Below, in pieces: positions 23,959 through 37,120 of a stretch of DNA of 64,000 bases. The stretch comes from Octopus sinensis. Taxonomy: Eukaryota. Location: assembly GCF_006345805.1 (NCBI RefSeq), contig NC_043003.1, positions 28,768,001 to 28,832,000 of the forward strand. Reading direction: 5' to 3'. The stretch's first letter is position 1. The number at the start of each line of letters is the position of its first letter. Under the pieces are notes generated by a model that saw nothing but the letters and a program-made list of their open reading frames with translations, did no database searches and was not told where the DNA came from. The position numbers were made by a program, and so were the translations under genes.

Positions 23959-25642
23959 TCATCATCATCATCATCATCACCGTTTAACGTCCGTTTTCGG
24001 CGCTAGCACGGGTTGGACGGTACGACCGGTGTCAGGGTAGCCAGGGGCTGCTCCAGGCTCCAGTTTGATCTGGCAGTGTTTCTACAGCTGGATGCCCTTC
24101 CTAACGCCAACAACTTCGCGAGTGTAGTGGGTGCTTTTTACGTGCCACCTGCACAGGTACCAGAGGGGTCTGGCATCGGCCACGATCGGCTGGTGCTTTT
24201 TATGTGCCACCGGCACAGAAGCCAGTCGAGGCGGTGCTGGCATCGGCCACGTTCAGATGGTGCTTTTTATGTGCCACCGGCACAGAAGCCAGTCGAGGCG
24301 GGGCTGGCATCGGCCACGTTCGGATGGCGCTTTTTATGTGCCACCGGCACAGAAGCCATTCGAGGCGGGGTTGGCATCGGTCACGTTCGGATGGTGCTTT
24401 TTATGTGCCACCGGCACAGAAGCCAGTCGAGGCGGCACTGGCAACGGCCACGTTCGGATGGCGCTTTTTATGTGCCACCGGCACAGAAGCCATTCGAGGC
24501 GGGGTTGGCATCGGTCACGTTCGGATGGTGCTTTTTATGTGCCACCGGCACAGAAGCCAGTCGAGGCGGCACTGGCAACGGCCACGTTCGGATGGTGCTT
24601 TTTATGTGCCACCGGCACAGGTATCACAACTACTGTTTCCATTGATATTTGGCTCGATGTTCATGTACATGCACTTGACTCAACAGGTCTCCTCAAGCAC
24701 AGCGAGATGTTCCGGGATCCAAGGTACTTTGAATGGGCAGGGGCTATGCGGAACTGGTGCCGGAAGCATCCCGGGTCTTAGTAGTCACAGCACATCTCCA
24801 GAGATCTCGATCCTTCGCCATTGCCTCAGTGAGGCCCAACGCTCTGAGGTCATGCTTGACTACCTCATCCCATGTCTTCCTGGGTCTACCTCTCCCCCTG
24901 ATTCCTTCAACTGTTCAGGAGTGGCACTTCTTCACACATCCTCCTCATCCATCCGCAGTACATGACCTACCATCGCAAGCGTCGCTCTTGCACACCGCAT
25001 TGATGCTTCTTATGCCTAGCATTTCTCTCAGGGTGCTTACACTCTGTCGTGCATTCACACTGACATTACAAATCCAGCGGATCATGCTAACTTCATTTCT
25101 TTCAAGTCTACGCATGTCCTCTGCAGTCACGGCCCATGTTTCACATAGCAGTTCGCACACATGCATCATACAATCTACCTTTCACTCTGAGTGAAAGACC
25201 CTTTGTCGCCAGTAGGGGTAGGAGCTTTCTAAACTTTGCCCAGGCTATTCGTATTCTAGTGGTGACACTCTATGAGCATCCACCCCCACTACTAACTTGG
25301 TCACCCAGGTAGCGGAAACTATCAACTACCTCTAGTTTCTCCCCCTGGAGTGTGATGGAATCTGTTTTCTGAGTATTTGTGGTGTCTATTGTCCCTGTGC
25401 ATCTGCCGCACATGAAAGCTATCTTATCAGTTAATTTCCCTTTGATGTTGCTGGCACCTCTTATGCGTCCATAGCTTACACTGGGTGCATCTTATGAGTT
25501 TTCTACCTACACCTTTCCTACAGCTCGAGCAGGGCCACTTGCCCGATGGGTGTGTTCTGAGTTCGCCTTTCTGCATACTATACTTTGGTCTTCGCTACAT
25601 TTACTCTAAGGCCCTTTGATTCTAACCCTTGTTTCCACACCC
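23957..25642 (-). mobile_element. RTE-clade LINE, 5'-truncated; PHD-like insertion in RT; 67-bp minisatellite in 3' UTR; (GAT)n tail
   Basis: GLRVNVAKTKV, CSSC..CTQC..HKRC..CGRC, LEVVDSFRYLGD, CETWAVTAEDMRRLERNEVSMIRW; ends ggacgttaaacg(gtg)(atg)n. Confidence 0.9.
24131..24620. repeat. 67-bp minisatellite, about 7.3 units
   Basis: Unit starts 24131, 24193, 24260, 24327, 24394, 24461, 24528, 24595 (first unit 62 bp and diverged). Confidence 0.95.
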
Positions 25643-25644
25643 GA

Positions 25645-25677
<33 letters not shown>

Positions 25678-26254
25678 ATGTATGTATGTACGTATGTATA
25701 TATATATTTTTTATTTATTTTTTATTTTTATTTAGCTGTGGCCGTGCTGGGGCACCGCCATTTGGTGTTGCTACATGATTTTACTTCACGAATGCATTTT
25801 AGCAACTGCCATTTGGTGCATGAGAGAGTTCCATGCAGCTGCTCTCATCTGCACCTCCTGCCGTGAAGTTGTTCATCTGGGACACCTGACAGGAAGAGAT
25901 CCAGTCTTAATTTAAAGACATCTGCATCCACCCCATGCAGGTCCCCAGTTCTTCGGGAGGATATTGAAGAGCTGTAGGCCTCTGAAGCCCAGGCTATCAC
26001 AGTATCTTGTCCTCCTACATCTTGATGGCATTTGGATCCTTGGCACCACGCAGTGGCGCCAGTTCTGCATTTGTGTAACTCTCGATGCCAAAGTTTGGGA
26101 CAAGTCCTTCTAGGATCTTCCAGATGTATATCATGGCATATCTTTCTCGCCTACGCTCTAAGGAATAGAGTCTTAATCTCTTGAGACTTTCCCAGTAGCT
26201 TATATGTTGCATAGAGGCTATCTTCTTCGTGTAGCTTCGTTGGATCGCCTCAAG

Positions 26255-27127
26255 TTATGTGATCAACTTGACACTGGATGGTGACCATAGCTGAGAGCAA
26301 TAGTCAAAGTGGCTTAGGACAAGTGTCCTCCAGAGGACCATCATGGTTTCTTGGTCTCTTGTTCTAAAGGTTCTAAGAATCCATCCGGCCAGCCGCCTAC
26401 ATTTCATTGCCAATTTAGCAACATGTACATGAAAGTTTGCGTCATCAGTCATGTAAATACCCAGGTCACGCACTGATTGTGCCTCTGGGATTGTAATCCC
26501 TCCAGGTCCAGTGTATTCATTGGGTATTGCATTTAGTTTTGCATGCTGATAGCATAAAGCTTGAAACTTTTCAGCATTGAACTGCATGCTATTCTTTTCA
26601 GCCCACTTGTATATTTTGTCCAGCTCACATTGCAGGTGCTTAGTGTCTTCAGGGTTCTGTATTGCCTGTGAAACTTTTGTATCATCTACATAACTTGTGA
26701 TCGTGGCTCTCTGCGTGGCTGAGGGCATGTCTGAGAGGGCCATTATGAACAGTAGTGATCCCAAAACAGTGCCCTGCGGAACACCGCTCACTATTTGCGT
26801 GTTAATGGAAGTGGCCCCATTGGCTACTACCACCTGACTTCTATCCTTCAGAAAGTCATGAAGCCATTCTCCCAATTTTCCAACTATGCCAAGATCACGC
26901 AGTTTGTGACATATCATTCCATGATCGACTTTATCAAAGGCCTTTGCAAAGTCGAGATATATGACTTCCACATTTGAGTGGTTGAGCAGGCGTTTCAGCA
27001 CCCAGTCATAGTGTTGTAGGAGCTGAGTTAAGCAGCTTCTTCCTGGTCGGAAACCATGTTGGGTGTCAGGCAGCAAGTCATTTTCTTCAAGGAAGGTGAT
27101 TAGTTTCCTTCTGACTATTCGTTCCAT
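26255..27127 (-). pseudogene. Reverse transcriptase domain of CR1-group ORF2 (290-aa open segment)
   Basis: ORF track translation with canonical non-LTR RT motifs. Confidence 0.95.
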
Positions 27128-27924
27128 GACCTTGCTGATGTGTGAGGTCAGAGAGATAGGTCTGTAGTTCTTAGCCTCCGCTCTGCTACCTCCTTTATGA
27201 ATAGGGCATATTTTACCTTCCTTCAGTTTTCTTGGAAGTTTGCCAGAAAGAGGAACTGCAGTGGTCTTGCTAGGACTCTCTTACATACTTTTAGAAGGAT
27301 TGCTGGGAATCCATTGGGGCCAGTAGCTGAGTTTGTTTTCATTTCATCAATAGCCTTTATTACATCGTCTTCCTTTATATTGATGTAATCAATAATTGCT
27401 GCCTCTGATTTTATATCTGCAGTGATAAAGAAGTCAGTTGGATTGCTGACTTGGAAATGCCCAAGGGGTGGAGTGAAAACACTCTTGAATTGCTCATTTA
27501 GTATTTCACTTACCGTCATTGGATTTCCTGTGAGTGTGCCATCCTTTTCAAGGAGTGGCCCTATCCTACAGTGCACCGTAGCTGTTTCTTTGGCATACCT
27601 GTAGAAAGCTCTGGGGTTAGATTTTATGTTGTCTATAGCCCAGGCTTCTCTGTCTGCTCTTTCCTTTTCATGGGAGAGTTGCAGACATTTTTCAATTTCC
27701 AACAGTTTTATTTTCAGGCGGGACTTTTCACTGCCTTCAATTTGTTTGTTCAGGCGATTTGAAACTTTTGTACGCCGTCTCATTAGAATTTTCCTCTCTC
27801 TGGGGATTTTGTTCTTGTGTACAGTGGCCTTTCTCTCTGGGACACATTTGTAGCATATGGCTTGCATTACAGACATGAATTGTTGAAGTTTCATGTCGAT
27901 GTCTGGCGAGGAGAGACATTCAGG

Positions 27925-28702
27925 TCAGTTTTGTTTGAGGATCTCTTTCTCAATTTGTTTCCAGTTTGCCTTATGGAAGTTCAAGCTGGAAAGATACTGA
28001 GAGTTTCTTGTAGGCTGCATGTCCATGCTTTCCTTTGGCCCGTACATGGTCAGCTCTACCATGTTGTGATCCGAGAGTAGTGTCGGTATCACTTTCACTT
28101 TATGGATGAGATCCATATTATTTGTGAAGCAGAGATCCAGTATGTTACCTGCCCTGGCTGGTTGGAGTATTACTTGCTCCATGTACAGGGTGTTGATGAG
28201 GTTCAGGAGGGACCTCGCCTGTCCTCGTTCACATCGTGTCATTCCTGGGAGAGAAGGGCCCTCGGGCCATCTGACACTGGGCAGATTGAAGTCTCCCATA
28301 AGAAGTACACTTATGTGTTGTTCTAATGTGACTAGAACTTCTTCTATTTTTATAAGGCAGTCTTCAAACTTGCCTACATGGCTTGGGGCATCTGGAGGGC
28401 GATATGTAGCACACACAACTACATCAAGTTGCCTTATATGTACAATTAGTATGTCACACACCGAGTTTGAGTAGGACAAAAGGACCTGGGGTGTGAGGTC
28501 CTCACGGATGTACATAGCAACTCCTCCATGACTCCTTTCTTTTCTGTGGTATGTGTAATTCCGCATCTGCTATGTCCGGTTTCAGGTGTGTTACCGTAAG
28601 TGCTATGCATAAGGCTTGATTGCATGCAACAAAGTCTCTCAAGAACGGGATTTTTGTCCTATTACTGAGTGTTAGCAGTCCTCTGATGTTCAGTAGGAGC
28701 AT
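27925..28702 (-). pseudogene. APE-type endonuclease domain of CR1-group ORF2 (frameshift near 28566)
   Basis: MLLLNIRG, HGGVAMYIRE, ATYRPP, LMGDFNLP, ILDLCFTN, LSDHNMV. Confidence 0.92.
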
Positions 28703-29299
28703 CGAGGTGAGGTGTATGCTGTTGCCGGCGGTGTCCACCTTGGGTCTATTTACTGTGGCGGTCTTGTGTATTGTGGATAGTCCCATCTGCGAGTTTGAGT
28801 TTGATGGAGCCAGGTTAGCTGCTGTACAATCTTTTGTGCCATGCACAAAAAAGATTCTTGTTCAGCAGCTGCCCTTTCAATAACATGTTGGCGGTTTGTA
28901 GCACGCACCACATCTGCGTACCTCCGTTTTGGGGCAGGTGGTGCGTGGTCCATTCCTTTTCCTTTTGGTAGTTGGTTTCTGACGTGTTTCGAGTTTATGT
29001 GACAGGGTCTTTGATGTGCAAAACGGCAGTCTGCACCTTCCTCTCCATGCCAGCAGACACCTTTCATGTAGAATTTACATATTCGTGTGTGCGCTTTCTG
29101 TTTCTATCCTTTTTGGTACTGGATAGGATAGTCAGTTTGCTTCTATCCTTGGCTGTTTCATCTTTTGTTCTTCTTTTAGTTTTTCCTCCTTTTATTTCTT
29201 TTTTGGCTCTTTCATCTCCATGGCTTTTGGTGCTGGTAGGAGCACTTGCACTTGGGTTTACTTCCCGGCAGGTTTCATATATATATACACACTATATAT

Positions 29300-29377
<78 letters not shown>

Positions 29378-29381
<4 letters not shown>

Positions 29382-30300
29382 TTCGGTCTCACCATCAGTG
29401 CCAAGAAAACCGAAGTGATGTTTCAGCCAGCCCCCGGCAAACAATACCATGAGACTCAGATAAGGGTGAACGGACGGATCCTACGAGTGGTGGAAAACTT
29501 CACCTACCTGGGCAGCACTCTCTCCTGCAATGCCAACATAGATGCTGAAACCATCAACAGAATCTCCAAGGCAAGCAGCGGTTGGGAGACTGCGAAAGAA
29601 AGTCTGGGAGCGGAGAGGAATCAGCCTCAACACCAAGCTGAAAGTCTACACCGAGCAGTCGTGCTTACCACCCTACTATACGGCTGCGAGACGTGGACTG
29701 CTTACCGAAGGCACGAGCGCCAGATAAACCACTTCCATCTCAGGTGTCTTCGGAACCTCCTTCACATCCGCTGGCAGGACAAAGTCCCAGACACGGAAGT
29801 TCTGAAGCAGGCAGATCTCCCTAGCACACCATCACAATCATGCGCAAGGCCCAGCTGAGATGGGCGGGCCACGTCTCCCGCATGTCCGACACTCGCATCC
29901 CAAAACAGCTCTTCTACGGTGAACTCGGCCAGGGCAGGCGCAAAGTCGGAGGGCAGAAGAAGCGCTACAAGGATAGTCTCAAGGTCTCTCTCAAAGACTT
30001 CTCCATCGGAACAGAGACCTGGAGACACTTGCTGCCAACCGCTCATCCTGGCGCAGCGCAATCACCGTGGGAGCAGGGACAGCCGAGGAGGGACGGATTC
30101 GGTCAGCGGAGCAGAAACGTCAGATGCGTAAAGCTAGAGCCGCCTGCACCAGTAGCACGGCCCCTACCCACTTCTGCCCCACCTGTGGGAGGGGCTTCCT
30201 TGCCTGGATTGGCCTCACCAGCCACCTCAGGTCTCATGGCGGCAGTTCCATCAGATGATGTCAGTTGGTCATCTTCGAACCGAAGGACGAACATTATTAT
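29378..30300 (+). mobile_element. RTE (BovB/Expander-like) LINE 3' fragment, frameshifted
   Basis: ISAKKTEVMFQP, FTYLGS, LLYGCETW, LRWAGHVSRM, RIPKQLFYGEL, terminal CPTC..SHLRSH; (ATT)n tail. Confidence 0.92.
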
Positions 30301-30311
30301 TATTATTATAT

Positions 30312-30359
<48 letters not shown>

Positions 30360-31082
30360 TATATAAATGTACATACATACATAGAAACACACATACACAT
30401 AGGTGTGTGTGGACAAAGTAAAGAGAGTGGCCCTGAACATATCTGGTAGGTGTTTCATATATCTTTTAATTACACTTTGACTGATCCGCGTGCAACTTGG
30501 AGTTTCATCGGTTCGATCTGCGGGACTACGAAGCTTTAAGTTGCATGGAGTCCAGTCATACTGATGTTAAACTATACATACATGCACACACACGCGCGCA
30601 CACACACGCGCGCACACACACGCACGCACACACACGTACGCACACACACCTACACACACACACACACACATTCATGCGCTCATATGTATGTATGTCATTG
30701 TTCAGTTTTATTTCAAGTTTTTTTTTGCCAATAGAGAAAGAGCCGGTCTTTCTAATTTAGATTCAGGGTTCCTTCATTGGAATTTCAACATCAACAACGG
30801 GGTATTTTTGTATGTATGTATGTATGTATGTATGTATGTATGTATGTATGTATGCATGTATGCATGTATGTATGTATGCATGTATGTATGTATGTATGTA
30901 TGTATGTATGTATGTATGTATGTATGTATGTGTGTGTAGGTATGTATGTATGCATGCAGATTTGTATATTTTGTTTTATGCATGTTCGTACGTAAGCACG
31001 TACGTACTCATGCATGTATGTTTATATGTATGTTTGTAAACATACAGTCTGAGATGGAGAGAAAGACATATACATATATATA

Positions 31083-31119
<37 letters not shown>

Positions 31120-31819
31120 GTATATATGTTTGGACACATACACACACTCACGTACACCCACGCACGCACGCACACGCGCGCGCGTGCACTAGCAGTGGGA
31201 CCTAACGTTGCCCGAATGCCGAATATAAAGAATCATTTCCTAAACTTAAGTGGTATAAGTTACGAGAAGATTTTGCATCTGGTACTTTTTTGACTATAAT
31301 TATATTTCCAGTATTTTCTATTGTAATGCGGATGTAAGCATAAAGTTGAAGTTTTACTAGCTTCTATGATGTATGAAGCTCTTGAGCCTGTGTTTATTGA
31401 TAATTGTAATTTAGTCACTTAAGAAAATGTTATAAGACAAATGCTTTATGTTTTACTTCATATATATATATATATTCTTGAATTTTTAAATCGAATAACA
31501 GAAGAAATCCTAACTGAAATGTATCATATTCAGCGCAAGACCTCTGAGGCAGGCTATATTTCTTGTTCTGTTATTCAGTGTTCTGATAAAAAGAATTTGC
31601 TTAGTTGAATATACGAGCCTACAACGAACACAGCTGACAACGAAAGAAATATTGATTTGTCGATTTAACTCCAGCAACCCCGAGGGATTATGGCATTGTC
31701 TTTTATAGGATTTTTGAGTTGCGATGTTTTTCAAGCAACTATAGCTATCATTAATACAGATACTTAGCCAAAAGTTGGTGGAAGAAATTGCATAGTCTTA
31801 TTATATTTAGGTGTTAACT

Positions 31820-32020
31820 AGCATGGTTTAGAAGTTAGGGTGTTACACGCAAGATTTCGTTTTCGACTCCAGGCCCGTGCTGTGTGTTGTGTTTTTGAGG
31901 AAAACACTTCATTTTATGTTGCTCTGCATTCACTTCGACATCTGACGTGGGGCACGGCGCACTGTGGAATTGTATAAGCAAAGTTGATTTGATGAAGGAA
32001 AGTGAGCTAAAGTACAGCAC
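31820..32020 (+). mobile_element. Degenerate tRNA-derived SINE (B-like head, different body)
   Basis: gtgtgttgtgtttttgaggaaaacacttcattttatgttgctc module shared with family B. Confidence 0.5.
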
Positions 32021-32274
32021 AAACATATAAATAAAGTGAGCAGATTGTTCAGCAAGAAATTGCAGAACTCACGTCTGTTATTGACAATTGTAGAATCCAC
32101 ACACACACACACACAAGGAAAAGGTAAATCAGCAACATTTAGATACTTCTTGTTGATCACATGGAAGAGAATTCTTGCTTAAGCCTATCAAAATGTACAT
32201 TATACCAATATTGTAGCAAATTCCTACACCACAGCCTTCCGGGGCCATCTATTCATCTTCTAATAAAAATCATT

Positions 32275-32485
32275 ACTCTTTTACTCTTTTACTTGTTTCA
32301 GTCATTTGACTGCTGCCATGCTGGAACACCGCATTTACTCGACCCCTGGACTTATTCTTTGGAAGCCTAGTACTTATTCTATCGGTCTCTTTTGCCGAAC
32401 CGCTAAGTTACGGAAACGTAAACATACCAGCATCGGTTGTCAAGCGATGTTGGAGGGATGAACACACACACAAACATATACATGC

Positions 32486-32518
<33 letters not shown>

Positions 32519-32681
32519 CGACGGGCTTCTTTCAGTTTCCGTCTACCAAATCCACTCACAAGGCTTTGGTCGGCCCGAGACTATAGTAGAAGACACTTGT
32601 CCAAGGTGCCACGCCGTGGGACTGAACCCGGAACCATGTGGTTGGTAAGCAAGCTACTTACCACACAGCCACTCCTGCGCC
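32275..32681 (-). mobile_element. Family D SINE, well conserved
   Basis: Reverse complement colinear with 12947-13450. Confidence 0.9.
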
Positions 32682-33472
32682 TTTGTAAATCATTGTAAAT
32701 AATGCATTGTAATAATTGCTATATTTTTATGTATGCACATATATCAGAATATATTTGTGTCGTGAAATTAACAACAAAAATACTAAGGTTTCTACGATTC
32801 CAGTCATTTCTTTAATCTTTATGATTAAGCCTTAAGAAAATAATCCTTTTGTTAATTCAACATTCTAAATTTATATTTCCAAACTGATAAAATCTAACAA
32901 AAGATTAATATTCCTGTGCAATTATAATTTGCTGACGATGTCAGCATTGTCGATCGGTCGGGCATTGGCCTGTCGATCGAACAGCCCCATTTCTGTCTAT
33001 ATTTCATAACTGGAATCGAACAATACTTTTGCCTAAAGAATTTTCTTAACTGCTTAACTGCTGCTGACGAAATTTATTTAACTACAGGAATTCCGATATG
33101 AGAAAATATAATTCATTATTACAGACAAGAGGAAGTCAACAAGCGGGTAGAATCGTTAGCACACCGGGTGTAATTCTTAGCGGCAATTCATCTCTCTTCG
33201 TGTTCTAAAATCGAATTCCACCGAGGTCGACTTTGTCTTTCATCCTTTCTGGGTCGATAAATTAAGTACCAGTCAATAGGGTTATTATGATCGACTTTCC
33301 TCCTTCATCGAAATTTCAGGCCTTGTGCCTAAAGAAGAAAGGATTATTATAGACAAAAGGAGGAACAGTTGTTCTTCTTGTCATCGTTGCTGTTGCTTTG
33401 TCAGAAGATGGTTCAGGTCAATTAGATCTGACTGCTTTATATGTATATATATATATAACACGTGTGTGTGGT

Positions 33473-33950
33473 GGAGGCGCGTAGCTTAGTAGTTAGGGTG
33501 TCAGCATCATGATCGTAAGATTGTGGTTCCGATTTCTGGACCGGGCGACGCGTTGTGTTCTTGAGCAAAACACTTCATTTCACGTTGCTCCAGTCCACTC
33601 AGCTGGCAAAAATGAGTAACGCTGCGATGGACTGGCGTCCCGTCCAGCCGGGGAACACTTAAGCCGTAGAAACTGGGCCCATGTGCCTGGCTAGGCTTTA
33701 AAAAATCGCAAAGAAAGAAAAAAGTGTGTGTTTGTGTGTGTGTGTGCCTATCTTTGTGACTGTGTTCCCACCGTTTGATAACCGATGTTGGTGTGTTTAC
33801 GTCCTCGTAACTTAGCCGTTCGGCAAAAATTGACGATAAAATAAGTACCAGACTTTTAAAGAAAGTACTGTGATCGAACCATTCGACCAAAAATTCTTCA
33901 AGGAGGTGTTCCAAAATGGCAGCAGTTAAATGACTGAAGCAAACAAATAG
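33473..33950 (+). mobile_element. Modular SINE (working family E): tRNA head, B-type module, V-like domain, D-type 3' half
   Basis: ggcgcgtagcttagtagttagg head; gctgcgatggactggcgtcccgtccag at 33621-33647; 3' half gataaccgatgttggtgtgtttacgtcc...aaatgactgaagc. Confidence 0.65.
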
Positions 33951-34627
33951 AAACATGTAAAAAAAAAAACCAAAAAGAATGGCAATCTCAGAGGAAATGC
34001 AGGCAATTTCCTATATGTTTTAAATAATTCGTTAGAGTAACAGTTTACAAGAACGCCATCTTAGAAGGTGTCGTCTGCTTGCCGCAAATATCAACAAAAA
34101 ACGATTGCTTTGATTCTCTCCTGTTGTGTGTTCATAAATACTCAATAAGTATCATTCTATTTACACACATTTGCCTTGTATTTGCATTAATTCATTGATA
34201 TCGTCTATCTGATTGGTCGTTCTTTTATTTATTGTTATGATAAGATTTGAGTCTTTTCTTTTTATGTTTTGTTGATTTAGTGGGCACTTTTATTATCTCT
34301 CACGCCTTTAGGTTTTTATCATCTTCTTTCTATGTTTTTCCTGTTTTTTCACTACATTTTTTGTCTTCTGTCTCTTTTATTTTCTCTTCTTTTCAATCAA
34401 TCTTTCTTCATTTTTCTTTTCTTTTCAATCTATCTTTCTTCTTTTTTCTTTTCCGTCTTTCTATTTATTTTTTGTTTTACTGTCCATTTCCTTCCCCTAT
34501 ATTCTTTATTTATATTTTGCATCGCTTTGACTTCTATCTCTTTTTTTATGCATGTATGTATGTATATATGTGTGTGCATGCGTATATCTATGTTTGCATG
34601 TGTATATGTTTGTATCTATGTATATAT

Positions 34628-34662
<35 letters not shown>

Positions 34663-34821
34663 ACTGCTTGTATACACACATATATGTACATGCATATGAA
34701 TATACATATATACATATACATATGTATACATACATATGAATGTGTCAATCTTTTCTGTATGAAAGTTTTACAAACGTATGTGTATGTGCGCGTGCGTGTG
34801 TGTGTGCGTGTTTGTGCGCAC

Positions 34822-34891
<70 letters not shown>

Positions 34892-34905
34892 TATACTCAT
34901 ATATA

Positions 34906-34936
<31 letters not shown>

Positions 34937-35579
34937 ATATATATATACATGTGTATATATGTATATTATATAAATGTGTATGTATATCTATAGATAAATA
35001 GATAGATAGATAGATAAATAGATGCACACACATACACACACATATATCACACTATTCCACTCTCATTGTCTTCCTTGCTCTGTATTAGATCTGTTTTCCA
35101 TTCTTCCTCTATTATTTGCCATTTCTTACCATTAATGTTGACACAGATTGCCGTCTATTCATTTTCCCAAACGACGCCATAAAACTCCATCCGTATTTCT
35201 GTACACACATCTTTACGGTGATTCTGATTAACATAAAATCTAACAATAGAATACAAAGAACGAACCGAGAAGGGCCAGCACCAATGATGAAGCCATACAT
35301 GTTTTATAACAAAAGATTTTGTTATCTAATATTAACCGATCGACGTATGTAGCCTGGAGAGGTTGTAGGTTCACAGCAAGAGATGATGACGTCTTTTAAC
35401 CTTCTCGTTGGTCAATCAACCTTATATCTTTTATCATTTATATTCTTGGCAATTCCCTGCTGTTGTTCAGCCAACTCATTTATGGTGTTCTTGCACCTAA
35501 AGAATATACACCCACTTTTTAATTATTGCTGATTCTATATATCTAAAAATATAGTCTCCAAAAGGAGAAAATATAATTC

Positions 35580-36450
35580 AGTCATACGGACAAGGGAAGC
35601 GGCATTAGTGCGATGGACAGAATGCTTAACGGCATCTCGTCTGTGATTGCACTCCGAGTTCAAGTGCCACCGAGGTTGACTTTGCATTTCATCCTTTTTA
35701 TCGCCGAGCCATACCCTCAAAAGTTTAGGCTTTGTGCCTGTAGTAGAAAGGAAAATTATTATTATGGCGAAGAACAGTCAGAATCGTTAGGGCGCCCGAC
35801 AAAATGCTTAGCTGAATTTCTTCCGTCTTTACGTTCTGAGTTCAAATTCCGCTGAGCTCGACTTTTCCTTTCATCTATTTGGTGAGCAGTGAAATAAATA
35901 CCAGTTAAGTAGTGGAGTAGACATAATCGACTGCATTACCCACTCAGAAATTGCCAGTCTTATGCCAAATTTTTGAAATTATTTGAAATTTTTGGAATTA
36001 TTAAGGCAGCGAGCTGGCAGAAACGTTAGCACGCCGGGCGAAATGCTTAGCGGTATTTCGTCTATCTTTATGTTCTGAGTTTAAATTCCACCAAGGTCGA
36101 CTTTGTTTTTCATCCTTTCGGGATCGATAAATTAGGTACCAGTTACGCACTGGGGTCGACCTAATCGACTGGCCCCCACCTCAAAAATTTCGGCCCTTGT
36201 GCATAGAGTAGAAAATATATGCTTTTCAATATCTTGCCCGCCGGTCCGTTCTGAGTTCAAATTCCGCAGAGGTCGATTTTGCTTTCATCGTTCGGGGTTG
36301 ATAGTACCAGTTAAACACTGGCGTCAATGTAATTGACTCATCCCTTCCTCCGAACTTGCTGTCCCTGTGGCAAATTTTGATATGATTTGCACTGAGGTCG
36401 ATTTTGCCTTTCGTCCTTACGGATCGATAAAATAAGTACCAGCTGAGAAT
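35580..36450 (+). mobile_element. Cluster of about 5 same-orientation family C copies
   Basis: Repeated ctgagttcaaattcc / gtcgactttg / aagtaccag; best copy 36005-36215. Confidence 0.8.
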
Positions 36451-36960
36451 TTGTGTTGATGCAATCAACTGCGCTCGCGTGCGTGTGTGCGTGTGCGTGT
36501 TTGATCGTGGGTGTGTGTATGTGCATGTGGTGGCACGTGTACATTTGTAATATCGTGTGTGTGCGTGGTAGCATGTGTGCGTGTGGTGGTAACTGTGTGT
36601 ATGGATAAATGTGTGGTATTAACACTTTACATGTGTTTGTATTAGTGGTCTACGTGTGTATGTTAATGTCGTAACCTGTCACCATAGCTGCTGATCTCTC
36701 ACTATGAAATTAACACACACAGCCCACTCACACAAAGCAAACACATGTAAACAGTTAATACCACACACACAAACACATACACATAGAGTTGGAGTTTCCT
36801 TCTTGTCTTTTTCCCGTTATTTTTAATTAACTATTTACCGCACGCTCACGCGGACACCCGTGTATGTATGTATGTATGTATGTATGTATGTATGTATGTA
36901 TGTATGTATGTATGTATATATATACATACATACATACATGTATATACATACATACATACA

Positions 36961-37028
<68 letters not shown>

Positions 37029-37120
37029 ATCTATCTATATATCTATCTATCTATCTATATATATATATATATATATATACATAATATATATATAATTATA
37101 TATATTTAATATATATATAT

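Larger units (their letters stand above)
25707..29277 (-). mobile_element. CR1-group LINE, near-complete ORF2 plus ORF1 C-terminal part, inactivated by frameshifts
   Basis: ORF1 fragment with CCCH finger; APE (LLLNIRG, YRPP, MGDFN, LSDH); RT (QHGFRPGRSC, YLDFAKAFDKV, GVPQG, YVDD, YCSQLWSP); C-terminal LYSLERRRERY; A-rich tail. Confidence 0.93.

Noticed and set aside
24013-24965. Long ORFs (210-253 aa) and CRISPR-like look of the 67-bp array
   Set aside because: ORFs cycle through three frames of a 67-bp repeat on the antisense strand of an RTE UTR; there are no unique spacers and no cas genes, and the context is eukaryotic.
34050-34220. YY1-like cgccatctt plus CCAAT-like ctgattggtc as a promoter (similar motifs at 14455-14510 and 17783-17830)
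   Set aside because: Short motifs only; the downstream ATG gives MAFL* and no convincing exon structure.
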